Position numbers and translations under genes: made by a program
The notes under the pieces: model-generated
What the model was told of the DNA's origin: nothing
Databases searched by the model: none
The model's input: only the letters and a program-made list of their open reading frames with translations
DNA from: a virus
Taxonomy: Duplodnaviria > Caudoviricetes
Reading direction: 5' to 3' (one strand)
IMG/VR virus record: IMGVR_UViG_3300038393_002374
Span: 7,874-71,873 of that record
DNA: 64,000 nucleotides
Part shown: in pieces, positions 16,565-25,755 of the stretch
How the letters are laid out: every line of letters starts with the position of its first letter
Position numbering within the stretch: the first letter of the stretch is position 1

Positions 16565-19278
16565 TGTGGCCCTTCCGGCGGGGGCCGGCGAAGCCGGCCG
16601 AATCCGCGAAGCCGGCCGAATCCGCGAAGGCCGCCGAGCCGGCGCGCCCGGCCAAGCGGCGCATCAGCGACACCGCCATCGCCCGCGTCATGGAGCGGCG
16701 GCCGGGCGGCTTCATGCTGACGCCGCTGAGCGAGACCCCGCGCGTCGAGCGTCCTTTCGAGCCCGCCAAGCCGCTGACCAAGGACGCCCCGGAGATGGCC
16801 TTCGACTCCGGCGTCGAGGACGTCTTCGCGCAGCTCAACTCGGCGACCTACAACTTCGGCGAGGGCATCGGCTTCATGGGCTACGGCTACTTGGCCGAGC
16901 TTGCCCAGCGCCCCGAGTACCGCCGCGGATGCGAGGTCCTGGCGCGGGAGATGACCCGCCGTTGGATCAAGCTGACCTACAACGGCGAGGAAGACGACGT
17001 CGAGCCAGAGGCCGAGGGCGACGAGGAGGACGCCACGCCCGGCGAGGCCGACAAGGACGCCGAGCAGCCCGAACCCGAGGTCCGGAAGCCCGATGTCGAT
17101 CCCGAGCGGGGCGACCCGCCGGGAATCGGACACAACAAGCCGCCGCGTCCGGCCCGCAGGGTCAAGCCCAGCGACGAGAAGCTGAAGCGGATCGAGGCGG
17201 AGCTGAAGCGCCTGAAGGTTCGCGAGGCGTTTCGCCGCGTGGCCGAGTTGGACGGCGTCTTCGGCCGTGGCCACATCTATCTGGACACCGGCGACACCGA
17301 GAAGTCGGAGGAGCTGCGCACGCCGCTGACGGTGTCGAAGGTCAAGATCGGCCGGCGCAAGAAGCTGAAGCGCCTCGTCGTCGTCGAGCCGACTTGGACC
17401 TATCCGCAGAACTACGACAGTCGCGATCCGCTGAAGCCGGAGTTCTTCGAGCCGCAGAACTGGCTCGTGATGCAGAAGTCGGTCCACGCGAGCCGACTGC
17501 TGACCTTCGTGGGCCGCGAGGTCCCGGACATGTTGAAGCCGGCCTACTCGTTCGGCGGCCTCAGCCTGATCCAGATGGCCAAGCCGTACGTCGACAACTG
17601 GCTGCGCACCCGCCAGTCGGTCAGCGACATCCTGCACGCCTTCACCGTCTGGGTGGTGAAGACAGACCTCAATGACATCCTGAACGGCAGCGACGACGGC
17701 GATCAGGTCGTCCGGCGGGCCGAGCTGTTCAACCGGGTCCGCGACAACCGCGGCCTGATGATGGTCGACAAGGAGAGCGAAGACTTCGCCAACGTTTCGG
17801 CGCCGCTCGCCGGGCTCGATCACCTCCAGGCCCAGGCCCAGGAGCAGATGGCCAGCGTCTTCGCCATCCCCCTGGTGGTCCTGCTCGGCATCACGCCCTC
17901 CGGCCTGAACGCCTCCAGCGACGGCGAAATCAGGGTCTTCTACGACTTCATCCACGCCTTCCAGGAACACCTGTTCGGCCACGCGCTGCACGTCATCCTG
18001 AAGATCGTGCAGCTCTCGCTGTTCGGGGAGATCGACGAGGACATCGGCTTCGAGTTCCTGCCCCTTTGGCAGCCGACCGAGACCGATCAGGCGACGATCC
18101 GCAAGACCAACGCCGACATCGACAAGGTCTACATCGACGCGGGCGTGCTCGATCCCTCCGAGGTCCGCGAGAAGATCGCCAACGACAAGGACAGCCCCTA
18201 CCAGAACATCGACCCCGACGCCGTGCCGGAGCCGCCGCAACCACCGGGCGGCAATCCCTTCGGCGCCGATCCGGATGGCGAGGGCGGCTCAGAGGACGAT
18301 CCGGACAGTGGCTTCCCGCCCTCGTCCGGCGGCGGCGAGCGCCGGCCCGCGGTCCCCAAGGCCGGCGGCAACCCCAAGCCGCCCGAGCGCCGTCCGGCCG
18401 GCGGCGATCCCAAGCCCCCGCGGGCCCAGGACGCCGCCTTCAGGGAACAGGACCATCCCCGTGGCCAGCCGGGCAACGCCGGCCAGTTCGGCCCCGGTGG
18501 TGGAAAGTCTAAGACCGAGGCTCCGAAGCCGAAGTCCAAGGAGAAGGAAGCGGCCAAGGCGGCGCAGGAGCCCGCCAGCCCCAGGGAGCGTCCGCCGTTC
18601 TCCGAGGAGGAGCTGTCCGGGCTGCCGCACGTCGATGAGATCGATCAGCCGACCACGTCCTGGGAGGAGCTGAAGACCAAGGGCGAGGAGGGCCGCGCCG
18701 CCTTCGTCGAGGCGCTCTCCGTCGTGGCTGACAAGCTGAGGCTGCGGACCGACGTGACGCTGCCCGAGCAGTTGACGCCCGAGGACCTGGAGAGCGGCGA
18801 CAACTTCCTGTTCGTGGCGCCGAACAAGTCCGAGGCCCGAGCGCGGGCCAAGATCGAGAGCGACTATGGCGGCAACTGGTCGAAGCTGCGCGACATGGTC
18901 CGCGCCTCGATCACGGTTTCGTCGATGGATGAGCTGCGGGCGGCCGTGATCGCCGCCGAGGACGCGGGCCTAGCCCTGGCGGCCAAGCCCAAGGACCGGT
19001 TCACCAAGCCGACGCCCGAGGGCTACCGCGATCTCAATACCCTGGTGCGGCTGCCCAACGGCATGGTGGCCGAGCTGCAGTTCCACCTGACGCCGATCAT
19101 CGCGGCCAAGAACGAGGGCCACGTCCACTACGAGGCGCAGCAGCGCCTGACCCGCAAGAACGGCATGGATGAGCCAGACGACACGTGGTCGCCTGAGGAT
19201 GTCGAACGGTTCACCCAGGCGCGCGAGCGGCAGCGCGAGCTGTACGGCGCGGCCTGGGAGAAGGCGACGAAGGCCTAG
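16564..19278 (+). CDS. Portal protein (DUF1073 type) fused to a C-terminal RelA/SpoT-like nucleotidyltransferase domain
   Basis: Portal motifs 'LAELAQRPEYR', 'VHASRL', 'IPLVVLLGITPSGLNASSDGE'; C-terminal 'K..R...K..DY', 'LRDMVR', 'GYRD.N', 'AELQFH', 'HVHYE'. Confidence 0.85.
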   Translation: MWPFRRGPAKPAESAKPAESAKAAEPARPAKRRISDTAIARVMERRPGGFMLTPLSETPRVERPFEPAKPLTKDAPEMAFDSGVEDVFAQLNSATYNFGEGIGFMGYGYLAELAQRPEYRRGCEVLAREMTRRWIKLTYNGEEDDVEPEAEGDEEDATPGEADKDAEQPEPEVRKPDVDPERGDPPGIGHNKPPRPARRVKPSDEKLKRIEAELKRLKVREAFRRVAELDGVFGRGHIYLDTGDTEKSEELRTPLTVSKVKIGRRKKLKRLVVVEPTWTYPQNYDSRDPLKPEFFEPQNWLVMQKSVHASRLLTFVGREVPDMLKPAYSFGGLSLIQMAKPYVDNWLRTRQSVSDILHAFTVWVVKTDLNDILNGSDDGDQVVRRAELFNRVRDNRGLMMVDKESEDFANVSAPLAGLDHLQAQAQEQMASVFAIPLVVLLGITPSGLNASSDGEIRVFYDFIHAFQEHLFGHALHVILKIVQLSLFGEIDEDIGFEFLPLWQPTETDQATIRKTNADIDKVYIDAGVLDPSEVREKIANDKDSPYQNIDPDAVPEPPQPPGGNPFGADPDGEGGSEDDPDSGFPPSSGGGERRPAVPKAGGNPKPPERRPAGGDPKPPRAQDAAFREQDHPRGQPGNAGQFGPGGGKSKTEAPKPKSKEKEAAKAAQEPASPRERPPFSEEELSGLPHVDEIDQPTTSWEELKTKGEEGRAAFVEALSVVADKLRLRTDVTLPEQLTPEDLESGDNFLFVAPNKSEARARAKIESDYGGNWSKLRDMVRASITVSSMDELRAAVIAAEDAGLALAAKPKDRFTKPTPEGYRDLNTLVRLPNGMVAELQFHLTPIIAAKNEGHVHYEAQQRLTRKNGMDEPDDTWSPEDVERFTQARERQRELYGAAWEKATKA

Positions 19279-19463
19279 TCGCCGCCCATCATCCTCTGGG
19301 CCTCGGCCTCGTCGATGATGTCGCCCCACTCGACGCCCTTGGGGACGTCGCCGGTGTAGGTCACGAACTTCTTCTCCGTGGGGGACCAGACCTCGCTGGG
19401 CCACGCGCGGGACCTCCCGCGGAACAGGGCCCCCTCGTTCTCGATGTAGATGAATTTGGCCAT
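19275..19463 (-). CDS. Small antisense protein, candidate immunity/antitoxin
   Basis: 62 aa MAKFIYIENEG...; GGAGAAG RBS; 4-nt overlap with portal stop; only clear minus-strand gene in the late operon. Confidence 0.7.
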   Translation of the reverse strand: MAKFIYIENEGALFRGRSRAWPSEVWSPTEKKFVTYTGDVPKGVEWGDIIDEAEAQRMMGGD

Positions 19464-19577
19464 TCGTCTTCTCCGGTTTGAGACCTCCCTTGTGATGTGC
19501 GTGTGAGCGCGGCGCAACGCGCATTCGCGGGCCCACGCTCCTCATATAGGCGACTTTGAAACAAAAAGGAAGTGGAA

Positions 19578-19664
19578 ATGTTCCACACCCTCTGGATCAT
19601 GGTCGCCGGCTGCATCGTCGGCCTTCAGGCCTTCGGATACCTGACCCTGTTCCGGGCGGCCTGA
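19578..19664 (+). CDS. 28-aa hydrophobic peptide
   Basis: AAGGAAG RBS; MFHTLWIMVAGCIVGLQAFGYLTLFRAA. Confidence 0.4.
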   Translation: MFHTLWIMVAGCIVGLQAFGYLTLFRAA

Positions 19665-19668
19665 CCGG

Positions 19669-20469
19669 GTGTCCATCCACCATCGCCAGCGACAGGTGAT
19701 CCTGCCGCGGGTGGTCCCGAACGCGGGACTGCAGGCCTACTACCGCAAGCGCCTCGACCGGCTGATCGAGGCCATGCACGACTCGGTCGCCTACTGGGTG
19801 GCGCAGGCCTATCGCGCCAATCCGCCGGAGATCGCCCAGGACGAGAGCCCGGCCGTGGCCATGCGGCGGCTGATGCGCAAGCTGGCCAGTCGCTGGAACC
19901 GCGAATTCGACAAGCTGGCCAGGAAGCTCTCACCCGAATTCGTGCGTCGCAACGGCCGTATGAGCGACACCCAGTTCATAGAGCACCTCAAGGCGGCCGG
20001 CTTCACCGTGGAGTTCTCCGTCAGCCGGCAGGTCAACGACGTGATGCAGGCGGCCATCGGCGAGAACGTGGCGCTGATCAAGTCGATCCCGCAGCAGTAC
20101 CTGACCCAGGTTGAGGGCATGGTCCTGCGCTCGGTGCAGGCCGGACGCGATCTCTCCACCCTGTCGAAGGACCTGCAGCACCAGTACGGCGTCACGCGCC
20201 GTCGCGCGGCCCTTATCGCCAGGGACCAGAACAACAAGGCCACCTCCGCGATCTATCGCGCTCGACAGGTCGAGCTGGGGATCGAGGAGGCCATTTGGCA
20301 CCACAGCCATGCAGGCAAGACGCCGCGTCCTGCGCACGTCGCCATGAATGGCAAGACCTACAAGGTCTCCGAGGGCATGTGGGACGAGGACGAGCAACGC
20401 TACGTCTTCCCTGGTCAGCTCATTTCCTGCCGATGCACAGCCAAGTCGATCATTCGGGGGTTCATGTGA
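19669..20469 (+). CDS. MuF/SPP1 gp7-like head morphogenesis protein
   Basis: 'RAALIARDQNNK...W.H......R..H...NG...PGQLISCRC'. Confidence 0.85.
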   Translation: MSIHHRQRQVILPRVVPNAGLQAYYRKRLDRLIEAMHDSVAYWVAQAYRANPPEIAQDESPAVAMRRLMRKLASRWNREFDKLARKLSPEFVRRNGRMSDTQFIEHLKAAGFTVEFSVSRQVNDVMQAAIGENVALIKSIPQQYLTQVEGMVLRSVQAGRDLSTLSKDLQHQYGVTRRRAALIARDQNNKATSAIYRARQVELGIEEAIWHHSHAGKTPRPAHVAMNGKTYKVSEGMWDEDEQRYVFPGQLISCRCTAKSIIRGFM

Positions 20470-20612
20470 TGGCTCACCACCGCGCCACGCGAGACGACGA
20501 CTGGACACCGCCGACCTTCGGCATGGGCGTGGTCATCGGGGTGCTCGGCGGCCTCGTCGTCGCCGCCCTGATCAGCGCCGTCGTCACGCTGCCCTGGACC
20601 TACCTTGGCTGA
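20469..20612 (+). CDS. Small single-TM protein
   Basis: TGATG coupling; [20 protein letters not shown]. Confidence 0.5.
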   Translation: MAHHRATRDDDWTPPTFGMGVVIGVLGGLVVAALISAVVTLPWTYLG

Positions 20613-22818
20613 CGGCGCCGGCGTCATGCTGCAGGCGCCGGGAAACCGGTTCCTCGTCCTGCGGCGTAGTCAGGAGAGCGACCATCCGGGGACCTACTGC
20701 TTCCCCGGCGGCGGCGTGGAGGAGGGCGAGACCTACGAGGACGCCGCGCGTCGCGAGCTGCACGAGGAGACCGGCTTCGACTACCAGGGGCCACTCGCGC
20801 AGGTCGACGACCGCGATGGCTTCGTCACCTTCCGCGCCGAGCTGCCCGAGGAATTTGATCCCGAGCTGAACGACGAGCACACCGAGGCCCGCTGGATCGA
20901 GCCCGGCGAGCACGACGCGGAGCCGCTGCATCCCGGCGTCAGGGCCACCCTCAGTGAGATGGGCTTCGCCATGGATCAATCCATCCGCAAGCGCGCGCTC
21001 GCCTTCGACCGTGCCACGGTTCGCTCCTTCACCGTGGACGGCCGGCTGCAGGTCGAACTGAACCCGATCTCCAAGGCCAACGTCTGCCCCTACTATGGCG
21101 AGGAGATTCCGGACCACGAGAAGCTCGGCCTGGACCCCAAGCGGGTCTACATGCTGCTTCGCGATCCGGAGGAGCTGGCCAAGGCGGCGGAGACCTTCAA
21201 CGGCGTCCCGCTGCTGCTGATCCACAAGCCTTCCACCGCGGACGAGCACCCGCGCGAGCTGACCATCGGGACCACCGGCACGGACGCCGCCTGGGAGGAC
21301 CCGTACCTCAAGAACACCCTCGTCGTCTGGGACGCCGAAGGGATCGAGGCCATCGAATCCGACGAGCAGAAAGAGCTGTCGTCCGGCTACCGCTACCGCG
21401 CCGACATGACCCCCGGCGTGTTCAACGGCGAGAACTACGACGGGGTCATGCGGGATATCGTCGGAAACCACGTCGCCCTCGTCGAGGAGGGCCGCGCAGG
21501 GCCCGACGTCGTCGTTGGCGATTCTGCCTTGGGTCGAGACGCAGCCTTCGAGGAGAGCAAGCATCCGCGCGCTGAGAATGGCCAGTTCGGTTCGGGTGGT
21601 GGCGGATCGCCATCCAAGAAGAACGCAGGACACTACCTCCAAAGCTACTTCAATCATGAACGGCCTGAAGGTCAGAGTGCCGCCTCCGTCCATGTGGTTT
21701 TGGATAAGGATGGTGAGGTCGTCGACTGGAGCACGGGCCGTGTGAACAGGCTCGGAAATTCAGGAAAATACCGTCCCGAGGACGGACATCGGATCGTCAA
21801 GCTGTCGGCCCAGCAGGTCGCTAGCGCGAAGGGCGATGTCGGGAAGGCTCTCGAAAAAGCCAAAACCGTTGCCACCGCAAATGACGCGCAACTTGAGGAA
21901 CGAATTATGAAGATCAAGACTGCCGCGCTGCCGTCTCGGAAGGCCCTGCTTGTCCAGGGCGCCGTGGCGGCGGTCCTCGCGCCGATGATCGCCCAGGACG
22001 CCAAGCCCATCGACCTGGGCGGGGTGTTCAAGGGCGTCAACCGGAAGAACTACGCCGCTCAGCGAGACAACATCGTCTCGCGCCTGAAGCTGGCCACCGA
22101 CAAGCGTCTGGCCAAGGACGCCGACCTGGAGGACGTGGTCGCCGTGATCGACGCCCTGAAGGGCGTCAACGGCGGCGACGCCGGCGAGGACGACGTCACC
22201 ATCGACGCCGATCTCGTGCCCGGCGCCGCCGACCCGGCCGATCCGGAGAAGACCAATCCGGGCGTCTCCGGCGAGGACGAGGAGGAGGGCGGCCACGAGG
22301 CCTTCATGGCCAAGCTGAAGGCCAAGCTGGACGACGCCACCTACGCCAAGGTGGTCTCGGCCATGTCCCCGTCCGCCGCCCCCGCGCAGGGCGCGACCGA
22401 CGAGGAGAAAGACAAGAACGAGGAGCCCGGCGCCGAGGACGAGGAGGGACCCGAGAAGAAGCCCGAATTCGTCTCCAAGGGCGCGATGGACAAGGCCATC
22501 AACGCGGCCTCCGCCAAGGCGGTCAAGGACACCATCACGCGCCTCGCCGCCGTCCGCGAGGCGGAGAACATCTGTCGCCCGCACATCGGCGAGCTGGCCA
22601 TCGCCATGGACTCCGCGGAGGCCGTCTACAAGCACACGCTGCAGACGGTCTGCCCCGACCGCGACCTCACCGGCATCCACCCCAGCGCCTTCCGGGCCAT
22701 GGTGGAGATGCTCCCCACGGGCTCCGAGCCCAAGACCCCGCGGCTCGCCCAGGACGCCAAGAAGGCCAAGGCCTTCGAAGAGCGCTACCCCGGCGCCGAC
22801 CGCATCAAGAGCCTCTAA
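20605..22818 (+). CDS. Nudix hydrolase-DUF2213 prohead protease-scaffold fusion
   Basis: Nudix box [23 protein letters not shown]; DUF2213 '[11 protein letters not shown]', 'ELSSGY', '[12 protein letters not shown]'; acidic scaffold tail. Confidence 0.85.
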   Translation: MADGAGVMLQAPGNRFLVLRRSQESDHPGTYCFPGGGVEEGETYEDAARRELHEETGFDYQGPLAQVDDRDGFVTFRAELPEEFDPELNDEHTEARWIEPGEHDAEPLHPGVRATLSEMGFAMDQSIRKRALAFDRATVRSFTVDGRLQVELNPISKANVCPYYGEEIPDHEKLGLDPKRVYMLLRDPEELAKAAETFNGVPLLLIHKPSTADEHPRELTIGTTGTDAAWEDPYLKNTLVVWDAEGIEAIESDEQKELSSGYRYRADMTPGVFNGENYDGVMRDIVGNHVALVEEGRAGPDVVVGDSALGRDAAFEESKHPRAENGQFGSGGGGSPSKKNAGHYLQSYFNHERPEGQSAASVHVVLDKDGEVVDWSTGRVNRLGNSGKYRPEDGHRIVKLSAQQVASAKGDVGKALEKAKTVATANDAQLEERIMKIKTAALPSRKALLVQGAVAAVLAPMIAQDAKPIDLGGVFKGVNRKNYAAQRDNIVSRLKLATDKRLAKDADLEDVVAVIDALKGVNGGDAGEDDVTIDADLVPGAADPADPEKTNPGVSGEDEEEGGHEAFMAKLKAKLDDATYAKVVSAMSPSAAPAQGATDEEKDKNEEPGAEDEEGPEKKPEFVSKGAMDKAINAASAKAVKDTITRLAAVREAENICRPHIGELAIAMDSAEAVYKHTLQTVCPDRDLTGIHPSAFRAMVEMLPTGSEPKTPRLAQDAKKAKAFEERYPGADRIKSL

Positions 22819-22830
22819 GGAGAGCCCCCG

Positions 22831-23754
22831 ATGGCTGACTTCCAAACTCAGGTGAACGTCCAGCCGGCCCCGGCCGTGGCGGGCGACTTCGCCTCCGCCA
22901 ATCCGCGCTGGTCGGTCGACGCCGGCCCCGGCGGCCTCGTGGCCGGCGTCGGCGGCGTGACCGTGGGTCGCTTCGCGTGGTGGGACAATGCGAACCACCG
23001 CACCGTGCTGAACAGCGGCGCGGGCGCGCCGACCGGCTTCGTCCACCGCGAACAGCAGGCGCTCATCACCACTTACCTCGCGGCGGCCTCCAATGTCGTG
23101 CCCGTGGGCTTCGGGATCACTCTGATGTCCGGCGGCGACTTCTGGGTGCTGAACGACGGTTCGACCGAAGCCCTGGTGGGCCAGAAGGCCTACGCCGACC
23201 TCGCCACCGGCAAGGTCTCGTTCGCCGCCACCGGCTCGGCCTCCACCGCCTCGGTGACCGGCTCCATCGCCGCCTCCACCGCCTCGGTGACCGGCTCCAT
23301 CGCCGACAACGTGCTGACGGTGACCGCGGTCGCCTCCGGCACGCTGGTGGTGGGCGGCACGCTGAGCGGAACCGGCGTGGCCACCGGCACGCAGATCGTG
23401 GCCCAGCTCTCCGGCACGCCGGGGGGCATCGGGACCTACTCGGTCAACATCGGCGAGCAGACCGTCACCTCCACCGCGATCTCCGAGACCTATGGCACGC
23501 TGACCGTGACCGCCGTGGGCTCGGGCGCGCTGGTGCTGGGCGCCGTGCTCTCGGGCACGGGTGTCACCGCGGGCACGATCATCACCGCCTTCCTGACCGG
23601 CGCCGGCGGCACGGGGACCTACGTGGTCTCTCCGACGCAGACGGCCGGTTCGACCACCATCACCGCGACGACCAACGTCGAGACCAAGTGGGTCTGCATG
23701 TCCCAGGGTCTGCCCGGCGAACTCGTCAAGATCAGCTCCCACGTGCTGGGCTAA
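22831..23754 (+). CDS. Head decoration/minor capsid protein
   Basis: '[20 protein letters not shown]', position between scaffold and capsid. Confidence 0.75.
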   Translation: MADFQTQVNVQPAPAVAGDFASANPRWSVDAGPGGLVAGVGGVTVGRFAWWDNANHRTVLNSGAGAPTGFVHREQQALITTYLAAASNVVPVGFGITLMSGGDFWVLNDGSTEALVGQKAYADLATGKVSFAATGSASTASVTGSIAASTASVTGSIADNVLTVTAVASGTLVVGGTLSGTGVATGTQIVAQLSGTPGGIGTYSVNIGEQTVTSTAISETYGTLTVTAVGSGALVLGAVLSGTGVTAGTIITAFLTGAGGTGTYVVSPTQTAGSTTITATTNVETKWVCMSQGLPGELVKISSHVLG

Positions 23755-23768
23755 GGAGTGTCCCTGAG

Positions 23769-24857
23769 ATGAACTACCACGACGCACAGACCCAGTGGAC
23801 GGACGACGCTCCGCTGCTGGCCGCCAAGGGCGTGGTGCTCCCCGACGCCAAGGCGTACAAGCCCGACGAGTTCGGCGCCGACTACGGCTTCGCGATGGAC
23901 GCCCAGCCGGCCCTGGTCACCCAGTCCAACGCCGGCATCCCGGCGTTCCTCACCACCATGGTCGATCCGGCGGTCATCCGGATTCTGCTGGCCCCGAACA
24001 AGGCCGCGACCATCTTCGGCGAGGTCAAGAAGGGCTCCTGGCTGGACGAGACGGCGATGTTCCCCATCGTCGAGCGCACCGGCGAGGTGAGCACCTACGG
24101 CGACTTCAACGAGAACGGCCACGCCGGGGTCAACACCAACTGGCCGCAGCGCCAGAGCTACCTGTTCCAGGTGGTGAAGGAGTGGGGCGAGCGCGAGCTT
24201 GAGCGCGCCGGCCTCGCCCGCATCAACTGGGCCTCGGAGATCGACGAGGCGGCGGCGATCCAGCTCATGAAGTACTCCAACCTGACGTACTTCTTCGGGG
24301 TCGCCGGCCTGCAGAACTACGGCCTGCTGAACGACCCCAACCTGTCGGCGTCGCTGACCCCCGCCACGAAGACCTACGGCGGCGTGAAGTGGATCAACAA
24401 CGGCGTCGTCGTGGCCACGGCCAACGAGGTCTACAACGACATCCAGTCGATCTTCCTGCAGCTCGTCAACCAGTCGGGAGGCCTGATCGACCAGGAGTCG
24501 CAGATGACCCTGGCCATGTCGCCCAGCTCGGCCGTGGCCCTGACCGCGACCAACAGCTTCAACGTCAGCGTCGCCGACCTGCTGAAGAAGAACTTCCCCA
24601 ACCTGAAGCTGGAGACCGCGGTCCAGTACGGGGCGCTCTCGGCCACCAACACGCAGGGTGTGGCCGCCGGCAACCTCGTGCAGCTCATCGCCTCCAACGT
24701 CGAGGGGCAGGACACCGGCTACTGCGCCTTCAACGAGAAGATGCGCGCCCACCCGGTCATCCGCGCGATGTCCTCCTTCAAGCAGAAGGTCACGTCCGGC
24801 ACCTGGGGCGCGATCATCCGTCAACCGTTCGCCATCGCGTCGATGGTGGGAGTCTGA
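23769..24857 (+). CDS. Major capsid protein (DUF2184-like)
   Basis: 'AMDAQP.L.T..NAGIPAFLT', 'YGLLNDPNL', 'GTWGAIIRQP'. Confidence 0.85.
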   Translation: MNYHDAQTQWTDDAPLLAAKGVVLPDAKAYKPDEFGADYGFAMDAQPALVTQSNAGIPAFLTTMVDPAVIRILLAPNKAATIFGEVKKGSWLDETAMFPIVERTGEVSTYGDFNENGHAGVNTNWPQRQSYLFQVVKEWGERELERAGLARINWASEIDEAAAIQLMKYSNLTYFFGVAGLQNYGLLNDPNLSASLTPATKTYGGVKWINNGVVVATANEVYNDIQSIFLQLVNQSGGLIDQESQMTLAMSPSSAVALTATNSFNVSVADLLKKNFPNLKLETAVQYGALSATNTQGVAAGNLVQLIASNVEGQDTGYCAFNEKMRAHPVIRAMSSFKQKVTSGTWGAIIRQPFAIASMVGV

Positions 24858-24860
24858 TCC

Positions 24861-25325
24861 ATGGCCGATGCCTCCAACGACACTGCCAAGACGGTCACCG
24901 TCGCCTGCAAGATGCCCAACGGCGTCCTGCTGCGGCTGTTCAAGGCCGAGACCGTGCAGGAGCCCGTCCCCGGTGGCGGCTTCCGCGACGTCCAGGTGAT
25001 GCGGCACACCGGCGATGTGGTGAGGATCAACGGCTACGCGGCCGAGGCCGGCAAGTCGCCGGCCTCGCCGATGACCGACGAGGGCTACGCGCTCACCTAC
25101 GGCGTCTCCAGGGACTTCTGGGACCAGTGGCTGTCCCAGAACCGCGATCTCGCCATGGTCGAGAACAAGCTGATCTTCGCGCACGCCAGCTCGCAGTCGG
25201 CGAAGGCCGAATCGCGCGACCACGCCAAGACCCGCAATGGCCTGGAGCCGATGGCCATCAAGGGCGATCCGCGCAGCCCGAGGAGCCCGCGGGTCGGCGA
25301 GATCGAGAAGGCCGAGGCGGCCTGA
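24861..25325 (+). CDS. Virion structural protein
   Basis: 'VTVACKMPNG', synteny after capsid. Confidence 0.7.
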   Translation: MADASNDTAKTVTVACKMPNGVLLRLFKAETVQEPVPGGGFRDVQVMRHTGDVVRINGYAAEAGKSPASPMTDEGYALTYGVSRDFWDQWLSQNRDLAMVENKLIFAHASSQSAKAESRDHAKTRNGLEPMAIKGDPRSPRSPRVGEIEKAEAA

Positions 25326-25329
25326 TCCG

Positions 25330-25755
25330 ATGGCGGTAGTCGCCTTCGACTACAACACCTGGATCACCCGGTTCCCGGAGTTCACCACGACTCCGAACAT
25401 CGCGACGCTCGCGCCGCTGATGTTCGCCGAGGCCAGCCTGTACGTGAGCAACACCGATGCGAGCCCGGTCACCGATCTCGGTGTCCGGGCGCTCATCCTC
25501 AATCTGGTCACGGCCCACCTCGTCTTCATCAACTACGGCGCCGGGCCCAACGGCCCGTCGTCCCTGGTCGGCCGCATCTCGTCGGCTACCGAGGGCTCCG
25601 TGAGCGTCAACACCGCCTACGCCGAGGCCAAGCCCGGCTCGCGGGCATTCTTTGACCAGACTAAGTACGGTGCTCAGGCATATGCAATGCTGGCGCCCTA
25701 TCGCAGGTTCAGGTATATTCCTCGGCCTGGATGCGGGGCGAGTTCTTGGCGATAA
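25330..25755 (+). CDS. DUF4054 head-tail connector
   Basis: 'RFPEF...LVTAH...GRISSATEGSVSV...QTKYG'. Confidence 0.8.
   Translation: MAVVAFDYNTWITRFPEFTTTPNIATLAPLMFAEASLYVSNTDASPVTDLGVRALILNLVTAHLVFINYGAGPNGPSSLVGRISSATEGSVSVNTAYAEAKPGSRAFFDQTKYGAQAYAMLAPYRRFRYIPRPGCGASSWR

Noticed and set aside
19669-20469. MuF polymorphic toxin
   Set aside because: Protein ends right after the CRC motif; no C-terminal extension
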